A stretch of DNA of 64,000 bases from Candidatus Micrarchaeota archaeon (lineage in GTDB: Archaea; Micrarchaeota; Micrarchaeia; Micrarchaeales; Micrarchaeaceae), in contig JASHRX010000023.1 in assembly GCA_030037075.1 (NCBI GenBank), positions 4,008 to 68,007 on the forward strand, written 5' to 3'. The notes beneath the pieces were generated by a model that made no database searches, was not told the DNA's origin, and saw only the letters and a list, made by a program, of their open reading frames with translations. This document shows, piece by piece, positions 1 through 9,508 of the stretch (the stretch's first letter is position 1; each line of letters starts with the position of its first letter). Both the position numbers and the translations under genes were made by a program.

Positions 1-21
1 CCAGGCTGAGCTACGAGCCCC
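1..21 (-). tRNA. 5' end of a tRNA gene truncated by the window edge
   Basis: Reverse complement of 1-21 reads GGGGCTC-GT-AGCTC-AGCCTGG, which is an acceptor 5' strand plus D-arm. The rest lies outside the window, so the identity cannot be called. Confidence 0.55.
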
Positions 22-59
22 TCTAATGATTGACCGAACAGGTATTAAAGATTGAGCCG

Positions 60-3000
60 TCAGCCTGGCATGGTGAAGTTGTTGCTCACCCACGTTGGCT
101 TCGTGGTGCGCGGAGGCAACTGGCCCGTATAGTTGTCCAGCGCGTATATCCTTATCGCGTACGTTCCGTTGACATAGTTTATCTCGTCAGTGGAGTTGTT
201 CGGGTATACTTCGTGGAAGCCCGGCAGCTCGCCAAGGAAGAAGCCCCTGTAGTAGCTCGAGTTGTAGAAGAGCGTCGGCGCGTTGGTTATCGTATCGTTA
301 GGGCCGTTCGGCAGGTATATCATGACGTACTCGACAAATTCTATGCCGCTGATGGTGATCACTCCTTCGTAGAAGCTGGATTGTATCACTGCATTGGTCT
401 TGCCTCCTGATTGGTTGTATATCGCGAGGACTCCCTTTGAGTTGGGCACCGAACTGACGCACGCGGTGAAGTTGGCGAGGCTGTCTCCCTGCACCACATA
501 AGATTCTATAAGCGGGACGGTGGAGTTTGATGCGGAGCAGTAATATGATATGCTCTGCTGTATGGATGAGTTGGACGGCACGAGCGCGGCGAGAGGCACC
601 AGCACGAACTCTGGGTCGTGCTCTATCTCGCACTGCGAAGTTCCCAGCGCGTACGTCTGCGGCGGCGTCTCTGCCTGGCCGGCGGCTATCGCGTATGCCC
701 TTGAAGTCTCGTTGACGTCCACGCAGGCAAGGAAGTCCACCGCCTGCCATTTCGCCAACAGGTCCTGGTCGAACAGCACGTACTCTGTCTGGTTCGTGTT
801 CATCATGTTGGCGAGAGTGCTAGGCCCTATCTTGTTCGACTGGCTCAGTACATACTGCGCTGCAGTAGCGTAGTCCTCCGCAGGCTCTGAGTTGTCCCCC
901 CTGAGCACCGCCGGCGCATTGCCAAACCAGTTTATCCAGTCACCGTAGTCCCACCATGCCAGCACCCTTGGGCCGGATACGCCAACGTTGTCGCGTATCC
1001 ATGCCATGGCGTCGAGCCAATAGGCGGGGATCTGGTTGCAGAACATGTCGGCGCCTATGCTGTTGCCGTGGTCCGATATGATGGTGCACGCGTTGGCCGG
1101 GTTTGTGGCGTACGTGAACGCGGCGGTAAATGCGGATGTTATGGAGCTAGACTCTCCGAGCAGCAGGCTGTGGTTCGCGAATACGTTGCCTACGAAGAAG
1201 ATTATGAAGAAGAACAGGACTGCATAGAGGTATGTATTGCCATCCTTCTGCTTCCTCAGGAAGATCAGCAGTATCAGCATTACCATTGCGAGTATCGGAG
1301 ATATGAAGAAGACGCCAAGGGCGAGCAGCGAGTACACGACGCCCTGATGGTTCTTGAAGGCGTTGAGGTACTCGGGCCTCTTCTCGAGCAGGCCTGTCAG
1401 GTTCTTGCTGTATTTCCTTATGCTCAGGTCGTTGTCCGCTATGAGCAGAAGCTCTCCGATCATTATGCAGAACAGCATTATGAAGGCGACGCCGAAGTGC
1501 GGCAGGTACTTCACCTCGGAGAATCCGGCGAACATGAGCGGGCCGGCTATCGCAAGATAGAATATTCCCGAGGTGCTCTTCCTGAAGATTATGCTGATCG
1601 CTATGAGTATTGTAGCTATCCCGGAGATGAGGAGTACGAGTATTGGGACTGTAACAGTGGTGCCGGAAGATTGGTAGCTGATTCCTGCGCCGATCACTCC
1701 GAAGCCTTCAGCCGCGAAGTTGTAGAGCACGCCAGTTGGTATGTACTCCTGCACGGTCATGAAGAGGGCTATGGACGGCGTGGTGTAGTGGGCGCTAAGC
1801 GTTATGTATCCTATGAGAGTGGTCCTTAACGGCGATGCGAAACCCACTATGACGGCCAGCAGCGCGATTATGACGATCCAGCCCGCATACTCCTTCCAGT
1901 TGAGAGACCTGAAGAGCACGTGGTACCTCTTCAATACCTTCGGCCCGTATTCTATTACTGCCACAAGCACCAACGCGAGTATAGGAAGGGCGAGCGTTAC
2001 CGGTATGCCAAGGACTCCTGGTATCTTGCCGCTCAGCGTCGACTTGTATGCGGTGTACGCGGCGAGGAATATGCCTATTACGAAGATCACGATTATGTTC
2101 ATCTTGTAGAAGTACTTGCTGTTCGTGCCCTGCAGGACGCCGATTATTCCCTGCAGCAATATGTAGGCCGCAAGGACCCCTGCGTCGACAGTGTAGTAGT
2201 GCGCACCAAGGAATGTGGATGCGAACGCTATTCCGGCGAGTATTGCAAGCCTCGAGTTCTTCATGTCCCTTACCGCGATGACGTACATCGCGAAGAAGAA
2301 GAAGAGCGTGAATATTCCCCACGGTTCGAGGAGCTGCTCTCCTGCTACAAAGGTGGTGAACAATACGGGCATGCCAGCGGTGAGGGCGGCCCCTATGAGG
2401 GCTACGTACTTGCCGTATTCATGATACAGCAGGACGAAGATGGAGAATACGAGAAGCGCGGCAGTTATCGGCGGGTAGACCGATCCGACATAGCTCATCA
2501 GGTTGGTATTGAACGTGCTGCTGTTCTTTGGACCGAGGTAGTTGGCGAGGCTGTACCAATACGCCTCTATGTAGGGGACTAGGGGCTGGACCCTCATCAC
2601 GGACCCCGCTGTTTCGATAGGCCACGCTGAGTGGGCGGTGTAGAACTGCTGGCCGTACACCAGTATCGATTGGGTGGCCATCATGTCGAAGTACGGGTCG
2701 AACTCGTAGAAGTGAGGTGACACTCCTATTCCGAATGCCCTGGTCGCAAACGTTATCAGTATTATTGCAATTAGCAGCATCCACGGCCAGGCGGTCTTGA
2801 AGTTTATGAAAGGCTTCGGCCCTACCTGCCCTTCAACAGGCCCGCTCAGCCTGTTGAGCATTATCCTCTCCTCCTTCTCGTGCTCCTCTATCAGCTTCCT
2901 CTCTTCCGCCTTGTGCAGCTCGAACATCTTCGCCTTCTCGTCAGAGCTGAGCCCGCCTATCAGGCCCTGCTCGCTCCTGTGCTTCCTCCTCAGGTCGTCC

Positions 3001-3449
3001 TCTTCGCCCTTATGCAGCTCTATGAGAGACCTGGCCGCAGCGAACCCGGAGAGCTTCTTTCGCAGTTCCTCTATCCTTTTCGAGTAATCTGATTCCAAGG
3101 CACCCATCTGCGCCTCCTCCTGCTTTATGTACTGCGGGCGCGTGATGCCCGACAGGCTGAATCCCTTGAAGACGCCCTGCTGGTAGCAGAGTACCACGCC
3201 AACTATAGTGAGTATGAGGGCGTTGAGCTCGAAGAGGCCGAGCGAGAACGCGAATGCATGCGAGTAGCCTATCAGGAACGACTCGATCCATGTGAGAGAT
3301 GCCGGGGCTATGAGCCCGAAGACGAATCCTATTATTGCGATCTCTATTATGTGGAAGTCGGTTCGCTTGTAGAGGAGGGCGAGCGCAAGAAGGACGCCGG
3401 GCACGAACATAGATATGAAGGCGATTATTCCAGCGGCTATTGCACCCAT
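60..3449 (-). CDS. aglB: Archaeal oligosaccharyltransferase AglB/STT3 (1129 aa) with an extra N-terminal module
   Basis: WWDYGDWINWFG (WWDYG motif), EFDPYFD acidic loop after the first core TM, many TM helices followed by a large C-terminal soluble domain. Confidence 0.9.
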   Translation of the reverse strand: MGAIAAGIIAFISMFVPGVLLALALLYKRTDFHIIEIAIIGFVFGLIAPASLTWIESFLIGYSHAFAFSLGLFELNALILTIVGVVLCYQQGVFKGFSLSGITRPQYIKQEEAQMGALESDYSKRIEELRKKLSGFAAARSLIELHKGEEDDLRRKHRSEQGLIGGLSSDEKAKMFELHKAEERKLIEEHEKEERIMLNRLSGPVEGQVGPKPFINFKTAWPWMLLIAIILITFATRAFGIGVSPHFYEFDPYFDMMATQSILVYGQQFYTAHSAWPIETAGSVMRVQPLVPYIEAYWYSLANYLGPKNSSTFNTNLMSYVGSVYPPITAALLVFSIFVLLYHEYGKYVALIGAALTAGMPVLFTTFVAGEQLLEPWGIFTLFFFFAMYVIAVRDMKNSRLAILAGIAFASTFLGAHYYTVDAGVLAAYILLQGIIGVLQGTNSKYFYKMNIIVIFVIGIFLAAYTAYKSTLSGKIPGVLGIPVTLALPILALVLVAVIEYGPKVLKRYHVLFRSLNWKEYAGWIVIIALLAVIVGFASPLRTTLIGYITLSAHYTTPSIALFMTVQEYIPTGVLYNFAAEGFGVIGAGISYQSSGTTVTVPILVLLISGIATILIAISIIFRKSTSGIFYLAIAGPLMFAGFSEVKYLPHFGVAFIMLFCIMIGELLLIADNDLSIRKYSKNLTGLLEKRPEYLNAFKNHQGVVYSLLALGVFFISPILAMVMLILLIFLRKQKDGNTYLYAVLFFFIIFFVGNVFANHSLLLGESSSITSAFTAAFTYATNPANACTIISDHGNSIGADMFCNQIPAYWLDAMAWIRDNVGVSGPRVLAWWDYGDWINWFGNAPAVLRGDNSEPAEDYATAAQYVLSQSNKIGPSTLANMMNTNQTEYVLFDQDLLAKWQAVDFLACVDVNETSRAYAIAAGQAETPPQTYALGTSQCEIEHDPEFVLVPLAALVPSNSSIQQSISYYCSASNSTVPLIESYVVQGDSLANFTACVSSVPNSKGVLAIYNQSGGKTNAVIQSSFYEGVITISGIEFVEYVMIYLPNGPNDTITNAPTLFYNSSYYRGFFLGELPGFHEVYPNNSTDEINYVNGTYAIRIYALDNYTGQLPPRTTKPTWVSNNFTMPG

Positions 3450-3483
3450 CTAACCATTCATTTCGTTTATACCGCAAAGGGTT

Positions 3484-4107
3484 TTAACTATTTAGGATTG
3501 ACTTCGGTATTTCTAGTGGCTTGAGAGTCCTTCCCGGGAAGACAGTTCCCGGCGGCACTATCCTTACCTTCACCCCTATGGCGCCGTACTTTGGATACGA
3601 AGTGGCGTGCGCCTCCCTCACCAGGTTTATAACGTCACCGGCCTTCGGAATGTAACCTATGCTCTTTCTTATCGTCTTTGCTCGTGCGCCTTTAGCGGCG
3701 AGCTTGCCGCTCGCTATTATCTCGGCGCCTATCGCGCCGTTCTGGAGTATATCCTTGAGCGTTGACTGGATTACCCTGCGTGCATTTATGCCACGCTCGA
3801 ACTTCTCGGCGATGTCCCTGGCCACCAGCATCGGCTCGAGCATCTTGTTCTCTACCTCCATGACGTTTATCTGCGGGTTATCCACCTTGAACATCGTCTT
3901 TATGTTTGTCGTGAGCGTGTCTATCGTCTTGCCGGCCCTTCCTATGACCCTGCCTGGGTTGAGCACGTAGACGGTTATCCTGGTGAGCACTGGTGTCTTC
4001 TGTATCTCTACGCGCGAGAACCCTGCACGAACGAGCTCCTTGCCCAAGTATTTCGATATGTTTAGCTTGACAATCGAATCGCTGATGAATTTTCTCTCTA
4101 TGGCCAT
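3484..4107 (-). CDS. rps3: 30S ribosomal protein uS3
   Basis: KH-domain N-terminus (FISDSIVKLNISKYL..., GRVIGRAGKTI) and position after uL22 in the S10-like operon. Confidence 0.9.
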   Translation of the reverse strand: MAIERKFISDSIVKLNISKYLGKELVRAGFSRVEIQKTPVLTRITVYVLNPGRVIGRAGKTIDTLTTNIKTMFKVDNPQINVMEVENKMLEPMLVARDIAEKFERGINARRVIQSTLKDILQNGAIGAEIIASGKLAAKGARAKTIRKSIGYIPKAGDVINLVREAHATSYPKYGAIGVKVRIVPPGTVFPGRTLKPLEIPKSILNS

Positions 4108-4111
4108 TGGA

Positions 4112-4726
4112 TCACGCCTTTACCTTTGCCTTTTCTTCCGCTACCGCCTTCGGCTTTGCCTTGGACTTTTCCTTCTCCTTCACCTGGACTACGCGCTCCC
4201 CTTTCTTCGTCGCCGCAATAGCAGCCTTCATCTTGGCGCTGAGTCCCTCCTCCTCGCCGTAGCCGAGCGCCACTTCAACCCTCGAGAATTCCAGGTCTGT
4301 CCTTCTTACGCTCCTTCTTCCCATGCTGTGGCCGAGCCACAGAGCGCCCTTAGATGCGGTCCTTGGAAGTATCATGGTCTTGTTCGCTGACGCGTGAACC
4401 ACATACATCGAATCCGGGTCCTCCCCCTTGCTCTCTGCGTTCGCCATTGCGTTTGCCAGCACGCCCTTAACTATCCTTGCGCACTTTATCGGATACCTGC
4501 CCTTTCTACCGCCCAGCTCGTGCCTTGATCCCATGTACTTGTTGTGCTTCGAGTACAGCACGGGCATGCTGCCCTCTACGAAAGTGTCGAGCATTGCTAT
4601 TGCGGACCTTACGCTCCTGTACCTTATCGCGTCGCATACCGCGGAGAGGTCCTTGAAGCTCGCGTTGAGGTCCTTCGCCCCTCCGAAGACGAGTCCTTCC
4701 CTCTTCCTGTTGAACGCGTAATTCAT
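4112..4726 (-). CDS. rpl22: 50S ribosomal protein uL22 with a Lys/Ala-rich C-terminal tail
   Basis: Operon position between uS19 and uS3; uL22-like core (KDLSAVCDAIR..., VVHASANKTMILPR). Confidence 0.85.
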   Translation of the reverse strand: MNYAFNRKREGLVFGGAKDLNASFKDLSAVCDAIRYRSVRSAIAMLDTFVEGSMPVLYSKHNKYMGSRHELGGRKGRYPIKCARIVKGVLANAMANAESKGEDPDSMYVVHASANKTMILPRTASKGALWLGHSMGRRSVRRTDLEFSRVEVALGYGEEEGLSAKMKAAIAATKKGERVVQVKEKEKSKAKPKAVAEEKAKVKA

Positions 4727-4730
4727 ATCA

Positions 4731-5123
4731 TCACTTCTCTCCGAGGAACTTACTTCCCCTTGTTGCCTTGATTCCTGGCGCAGAGTGCACGACGCTCTTC
4801 GTGGTGTAAGCGAACTCCCCCAATCTGTGGCCGAGCATGTTAGCGGTAACCTGCACGACCTGGAACTCCTTGCCGTTGTGAACCTCGAACCTTGTGCCTA
4901 TCCACGATGGCAGTATCACCGCCTCGCGTATGTGCGTCTTTATCGGCTTGTCCTTCTTCTCCTTCTTGAACTTCTCCACCTTTGCGGTGAGCTTTCTGTA
5001 TTCAACAGCGTTCCTCTTTATGCTCCTCCTCTGCCTTGACTTCACCATCTTGAGGTACTCCTCATTGGTGAGCTTCTCTGCCTCTGCGGGCATCTTTCCC
5101 TTAAACGCGATTCTGTCTACCAT
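4731..5123 (-). CDS. rps19: 30S ribosomal protein uS19
   Basis: TWIGTRFEVHNGKEFQVVQVTANMLGHRLGEF is the conserved uS19 core. Confidence 0.9.
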   Translation of the reverse strand: MVDRIAFKGKMPAEAEKLTNEEYLKMVKSRQRRSIKRNAVEYRKLTAKVEKFKKEKKDKPIKTHIREAVILPSWIGTRFEVHNGKEFQVVQVTANMLGHRLGEFAYTTKSVVHSAPGIKATRGSKFLGEK

Positions 5124-5124
5124 T

Positions 5125-5838
5125 TTATCCCTTCTTTCGCCTGCCTACCCTTCTCGCGGCTATGTGGCCCACCTTCCTGCCTGGCGGTGCATTCCTCGAT
5201 GTCATGCTGCTCTTGCCCTTGTGGTGCTGCTTGCCTCCGAACGGGTGGTCCACTGGGTTGCTCTTCACTCCTCTTATGACGGGCCACATCCTGTTTGTGG
5301 CGTGCATCATGTAGTGGCTCTTGCCCGCCTTGACGAGCGGCTGCTCTGCCATTCCTCCGCCGGCCACCATGCCGAGCTGCGCCCTGCACTCGTTGCTCAG
5401 GAGGACGCTCGCCTTTGATGGAAGCGTGACGTTAGTGTTTGGGCCCAAGTGCGCGGTGATGTAGGCGGTGCTGCCTGCGCTCCTTACGAGCTTGCCGCCG
5501 TCCCCGGCCGTTGACTCTATATTGTAAACCGGCATGCCCTCTGGTATGTCGCCTATCTTCATCACGCTGCCGAGCGCGAAACTGTTGTTCCCTATGTCAA
5601 CCTTGTCGCCAACCTTTATTCCCTCAGGGGCGAGCATGAAGCTGCTGCTGAAGTCCTCATACTTTACCTCCATCAACGGGGCGGTGTGCCCCGTGTGGTT
5701 GAACACTCTTGAAACCTCGCCTATAAGCTTCGCGTTGACGTTGTGGCTGTAAGCCACCCTTAAGTCGAAGGTGCCGGGCGGCTTCGTGTACGCTTTTGTG
5801 CCCTTTCCTCGCCTCTGTTGTCTTAGTCTCTTTCCCAT
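5125..5838 (-). CDS. rpl2: 50S ribosomal protein uL2
   Basis: GKRLRQQRRGKG N-terminus and the NPVDHPFGG...HKGK C-terminal signature. Confidence 0.95.
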   Translation of the reverse strand: MGKRLRQQRRGKGTKAYTKPPGTFDLRVAYSHNVNAKLIGEVSRVFNHTGHTAPLMEVKYEDFSSSFMLAPEGIKVGDKVDIGNNSFALGSVMKIGDIPEGMPVYNIESTAGDGGKLVRSAGSTAYITAHLGPNTNVTLPSKASVLLSNECRAQLGMVAGGGMAEQPLVKAGKSHYMMHATNRMWPVIRGVKSNPVDHPFGGKQHHKGKSSMTSRNAPPGRKVGHIAARRVGRRKKG

Positions 5839-6090
5839 TTATACCAGCTTCAATCTCTTCGCAATGTCCTCGGCCTTGTAGTTCTTGGCCAGCTTTATGA
5901 AGACCTTCTTCTTGTTGTTCGGAGTGTTTATTACACGTATGCTTACTACCTTTACATTAAATGTCTTCTCGAACTCCTTCTTGATCTCGGGCTTGGTGGC
6001 CCTGAAGTCGGCAACATACGCTATGGTGTTGCTCCTGCTTATCTGGTTGATCGTCTTTTCAGTCGATAGCGGATATTTGAGAGAACCCAT
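5839..6090 (-). CDS. rpl23: 50S ribosomal protein uL23
   Basis: 83 aa with a PLSTEKT...FVADFRATKPEIKKEFEKTFNVKV motif; lies between uL4 and uL2. Confidence 0.9.
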   Translation of the reverse strand: MGSLKYPLSTEKTINQISRSNTIAYVADFRATKPEIKKEFEKTFNVKVVSIRVINTPNNKKKVFIKLAKNYKAEDIAKRLKLV

Positions 6091-6094
6091 GCAA

Positions 6095-6862
6095 TCACGA
6101 TAACGAGAGCGACCCTATGTCGTGCTCCATCTTTGTAAGCGCGCTTTCGCTCCAGACCGTTGCCCTTCCGGGCCTGCCTCCTGGGGCGAGCAGGTTCGCG
6201 CGCACATTTTGTATGCTGCAAACGTCGACTCCTGCCATGTTGCGCGCAGCCTTTACTATTCCCTTGTCGTCCCCGACTACAATGAGTATGGATTTCTTGT
6301 ACCGTCTCTGGCTCGAAAGCCTCCTTATCCCCTTTCTTTTTTCCTTCACTCTCCCCTTTTCGAGGCTTTCGCCGAGCTGCAGCTTACTCAGCGTCTTTGA
6401 CACCTCCTTCGTCTTCTTGATCGACTCGATGTGGTCTGAAACTATAATCGCGTGCTGCGCTGTAGCTGCTATCGCGCTCTTTATCGCCTTCTGGTACTCC
6501 TGCCTGTTCATGCTCTCGGTTATCCTCTTCTCTACCATGTGCGGATGCGCCCTCTTGCCGGTTACTGCGGAGGGGATTCTCCTGACTTTTCCTTGTGCAC
6601 CTCCTCCCAACTTCTCCCTGGGCCTTATTGCCATTCCCATGTGCCTGCCGGTTCTGTACGAGTTCATTGCACCATAATACCTCGCCGTCGTCTGCATTCC
6701 GGCAAGTACGAAGTGCGCCTGCGGCTGCAGCGCTAGGGACGACTCTGCTGTGACCGCCCTGGCGATTAGGTCCGGCCTTACTCTTTCCGAGAACGCGCTC
6801 GGCAGCTCAACTGACTTCAGGACGCTGCCATCTGTGTTGAGTACCTTTGCGCTAACCATCAC
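6095..6862 (-). CDS. rpl4: 50S ribosomal protein uL4
   Basis: Operon position; GRHMGMAIRPR..GGGAQGKVRRIPSAVTGKRAHPH motif. Confidence 0.9.
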   Translation of the reverse strand: MMVSAKVLNTDGSVLKSVELPSAFSERVRPDLIARAVTAESSLALQPQAHFVLAGMQTTARYYGAMNSYRTGRHMGMAIRPREKLGGGAQGKVRRIPSAVTGKRAHPHMVEKRITESMNRQEYQKAIKSAIAATAQHAIIVSDHIESIKKTKEVSKTLSKLQLGESLEKGRVKEKRKGIRRLSSQRRYKKSILIVVGDDKGIVKAARNMAGVDVCSIQNVRANLLAPGGRPGRATVWSESALTKMEHDIGSLSLS

Positions 6863-7830
6863 ATCGCCTTGCCGGTCGTGGCTATGTAGCTGACCTTTAC
6901 ATCTTTTATCCCCTTGCTGTCCCTGTTGTCGATCGCCTTCCTTACTCTGACAAGCCTCTTTGCGGGGCCCGGTATTGAGCCATCGACTATTATGAAATCT
7001 GAAATAACGTTACCATAATTCGGAAATCCCGACTTCGGATTTATCAGCTGCGTGTCCTCCTTCTTGCCGACTCGTATTACTCGCTTGTTGTGCTCTGTCC
7101 TGTAGTTGAACCCCATCTGGCCAGACTGCGGAACCCCGTAGCCGACCCTTCCGAATCCGAATGCGCCGAGGGTTCCGACGTGCCTCACCTTCTGCGTTGA
7201 CTTGTGAGGCAGCCTCGTGACCCCGAACCTCTTTATCACGCCAGCCCAGCCCTTCCCTGTGCTTACGGATGTGACGTCGATGTGCTCGCCGTTCTTGAAG
7301 ACGTCTGCCGGCTTTACCTCCTTGCCGAGCAGCTTCTGCGCGTAGTTAAACTTGTCAGGGAGGCTGTGGCCCGATATCTGAACTTCAAATCGGTCGGGAT
7401 GGTGCTGGCCGGTTGCGATTCCCTTGGGGCTCGCGGCCATGAGAAGAGTCACTTCCGAATAAGCATTGATATCGTGCTTTGCGACGTTGGCGCCGTCTGT
7501 TGCCTTCGTCATCTTCTTTATCCCTATCCTCTGCGCCACCCCCTTGTCGTAGATCTCCGCGGCGGTGTGCCTGTACCCTGTCGACTTGTCCTTCCTGTAG
7601 AGCCTTATGCCGTACACCTCTATCGCCGGAACTTCTATTATTGTGCACGCCCTGCTCGCCTCTGTCGGCTTCGGCCCCTCCTCCATCATGACGACGCTGG
7701 TCATGCCGGCCTTGTAACCTATTATGCTTGTCAGGGCGGGCTCCTTTGATCCCTTAGGAAAAGAGCGCAGCCTAGGCAGGCGCCTGTAAGCGCGCCTCTT
7801 CTGCCAGTACTGCATAGAGCCTCTGGTCAT
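6859..7830 (-). CDS. rpl3: 50S ribosomal protein uL3
   Basis: RGSMQYWQKRRA...PRLRSFP N-terminus and GKGWAGVIKRFGV motif; first gene of the operon. Confidence 0.9.
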   Translation of the reverse strand: MTRGSMQYWQKRRAYRRLPRLRSFPKGSKEPALTSIIGYKAGMTSVVMMEEGPKPTEASRACTIIEVPAIEVYGIRLYRKDKSTGYRHTAAEIYDKGVAQRIGIKKMTKATDGANVAKHDINAYSEVTLLMAASPKGIATGQHHPDRFEVQISGHSLPDKFNYAQKLLGKEVKPADVFKNGEHIDVTSVSTGKGWAGVIKRFGVTRLPHKSTQKVRHVGTLGAFGFGRVGYGVPQSGQMGFNYRTEHNKRVIRVGKKEDTQLINPKSGFPNYGNVISDFIIVDGSIPGPAKRLVRVRKAIDNRDSKGIKDVKVSYIATTGKAM

Positions 7831-7953
7831 GCTTACACTTTAGAAGCTGTAAATTCAGGATGAAAAGCAGAGCCCTTCTTACCTAAGAATTACTCTGATC
7901 CATTGCCTCTTTATATTTATAAAGATTTACGTTTACCGGCAGTATCATTTCCA

Positions 7954-8520
7954 TTAGCTGCGGAGGTTGCCCCTCTTCGAAGGCCTTCTCTTTATGGTGC
8001 CGTAGCCCTTCATCGCTATGCCCCTGTGGGACCTTCCGCTGTAGGTGATCCCCCTGTAGGCGCGGCCGTGCTGCGTTATAACTGCATTGTAGTGCCTGTC
8101 GGACGCGATAGATGGTGAATTCCTGTCGACCATTATTATCTCGAAGAACCTATCGGAACCGGCCGAACCCACGAAGTACGAACTTAATACCTCGCAGTTC
8201 GAGAACCTCCTTGCGGCCCTTTCTTCCGCTATGGACTGGGTGGACTTCCCTGGGGCGAAGAACCTGCCGCTCTTCGACGGTTTCCTTCCGCCTCCGAATG
8301 CATCTCTCTTCTTGGTGCCTCCCTTCACGCGCACCCTCGCCAATATGATTCCATCCTTTGCCCTGTAACCAAGCTCCCTCGCCCTGGCTATGTTTGTGGG
8401 CTTGTCGATCCTGCTTACAGGAGGGGCGTCCTTCCAGGCCACTATCCTGCTCTTGTAGAGGTCGCTGCGCTCCTTGTAACCGTTCTGGAAAGATTCCTTC
8501 ATCTGTTTGTACATGCTCAT
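7954..8520 (-). CDS. rpl15e: 50S ribosomal protein eL15
   Basis: MSMYKQMKESFQ... start (the ORF-track ORF extends 10 codons further upstream), PTNIARARELGYRAKDGIILARVRVKGG motif. Confidence 0.85.
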   Translation of the reverse strand: MSMYKQMKESFQNGYKERSDLYKSRIVAWKDAPPVSRIDKPTNIARARELGYRAKDGIILARVRVKGGTKKRDAFGGGRKPSKSGRFFAPGKSTQSIAEERAARRFSNCEVLSSYFVGSAGSDRFFEIIMVDRNSPSIASDRHYNAVITQHGRAYRGITYSGRSHRGIAMKGYGTIKRRPSKRGNLRS

Positions 8521-8716
8521 TTTATCACAATAAGCTGACTGAAAAGCCATCTCTAATGGAGGTCAAACTATAAAATACTAGTGAATTTGTGGCACAAAAT
8601 GGCTTCCAAGAAAGGGCCCTTTCAAATCAGAGAATATTTGCTAACATTTTTGATATTTTAGTTGGCTTTAAATATTTAGCCATCGCTATATGTACTTGAC
8701 AGAGCGGCGAGTTTGT

Positions 8717-9442
8717 ATGGCGAGAAAGATCAAGAGGATTATAAAGAGAAAGGCTAGCGCAGCAAAGAGGAGGCCACAGGCAAAGAAGGCTGCGAGGAAG
8801 ACCATTAAGACAAGGTCTGCCGCAAAAGGGAAGATCGCGGCAGAGGTGGCAACGGTAGATGGAGCACCAACAGGAAGAAGGGGCGCGGCCCCGAGCACTG
8901 CCTCTTCAGAAGAGGTTAAGACGGCGATCGGCACGCTTCTTGGTAATGAAACGGCGATTGCTTTCCTGAGGAAGAACGTCAGCAAGTGGGCCCCTGACGT
9001 GCTTAACATGCTTGTTACACCGAAGACAGACGAATACCTTGCGGAGCAGCTGGGCATGAAGATAAACGCCGTCAGGAGAATCCTCAACCTTATGCAGGGT
9101 TACGGAGTGACAAACTACTATGTCGCAAAGAACACAAACGGATGGCTCTCCTTCGCGTGGTACATAAACGTGAGCAAGGTGTCGCCCTTCTTTGACTACA
9201 TAAACAGCGTATCAAGCAAGCGCACCGTTGTGACGAACGAGTGCAACGACTACTTTGTGTGCAACGAATGCTATCCGAAGGACAAGCTGATCTTCACCTT
9301 TGACGCCGCGTTTGAGGCGGCATTCAGGTGCAACTGCGGAGGCAAGTTCGCAAGGATAACCAAGGACGCGGCCGAGAAGCTCTCCGCGGAAGAGATGGTT
9401 GCCCAGGTAAGGCAGAACTCGGTAAGAGGACCGGAAGTGTAA
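8717..9442 (+). CDS. tfe: Transcription factor E (TFE-alpha) with a ~70-aa Lys/Arg/Ala-rich N-terminal extension
   Basis: Winged-helix region (DEYLAEQLGMKINAVRRILNLMQGYGV) plus a Zn-ribbon (CNECYPKD...FRCNCGGKF). I place the start at the second in-frame ATG; the ORF-track start is 8690. Confidence 0.8.
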   Translation: MARKIKRIIKRKASAAKRRPQAKKAARKTIKTRSAAKGKIAAEVATVDGAPTGRRGAAPSTASSEEVKTAIGTLLGNETAIAFLRKNVSKWAPDVLNMLVTPKTDEYLAEQLGMKINAVRRILNLMQGYGVTNYYVAKNTNGWLSFAWYINVSKVSPFFDYINSVSSKRTVVTNECNDYFVCNECYPKDKLIFTFDAAFEAAFRCNCGGKFARITKDAAEKLSAEEMVAQVRQNSVRGPEV

Positions 9443-9508
9443 TTGCGCCGCCCGGCATACGCATTTATATTCTCTGAAACTAATCCTTAAACAAATTAGA
9501 TACCGCAG

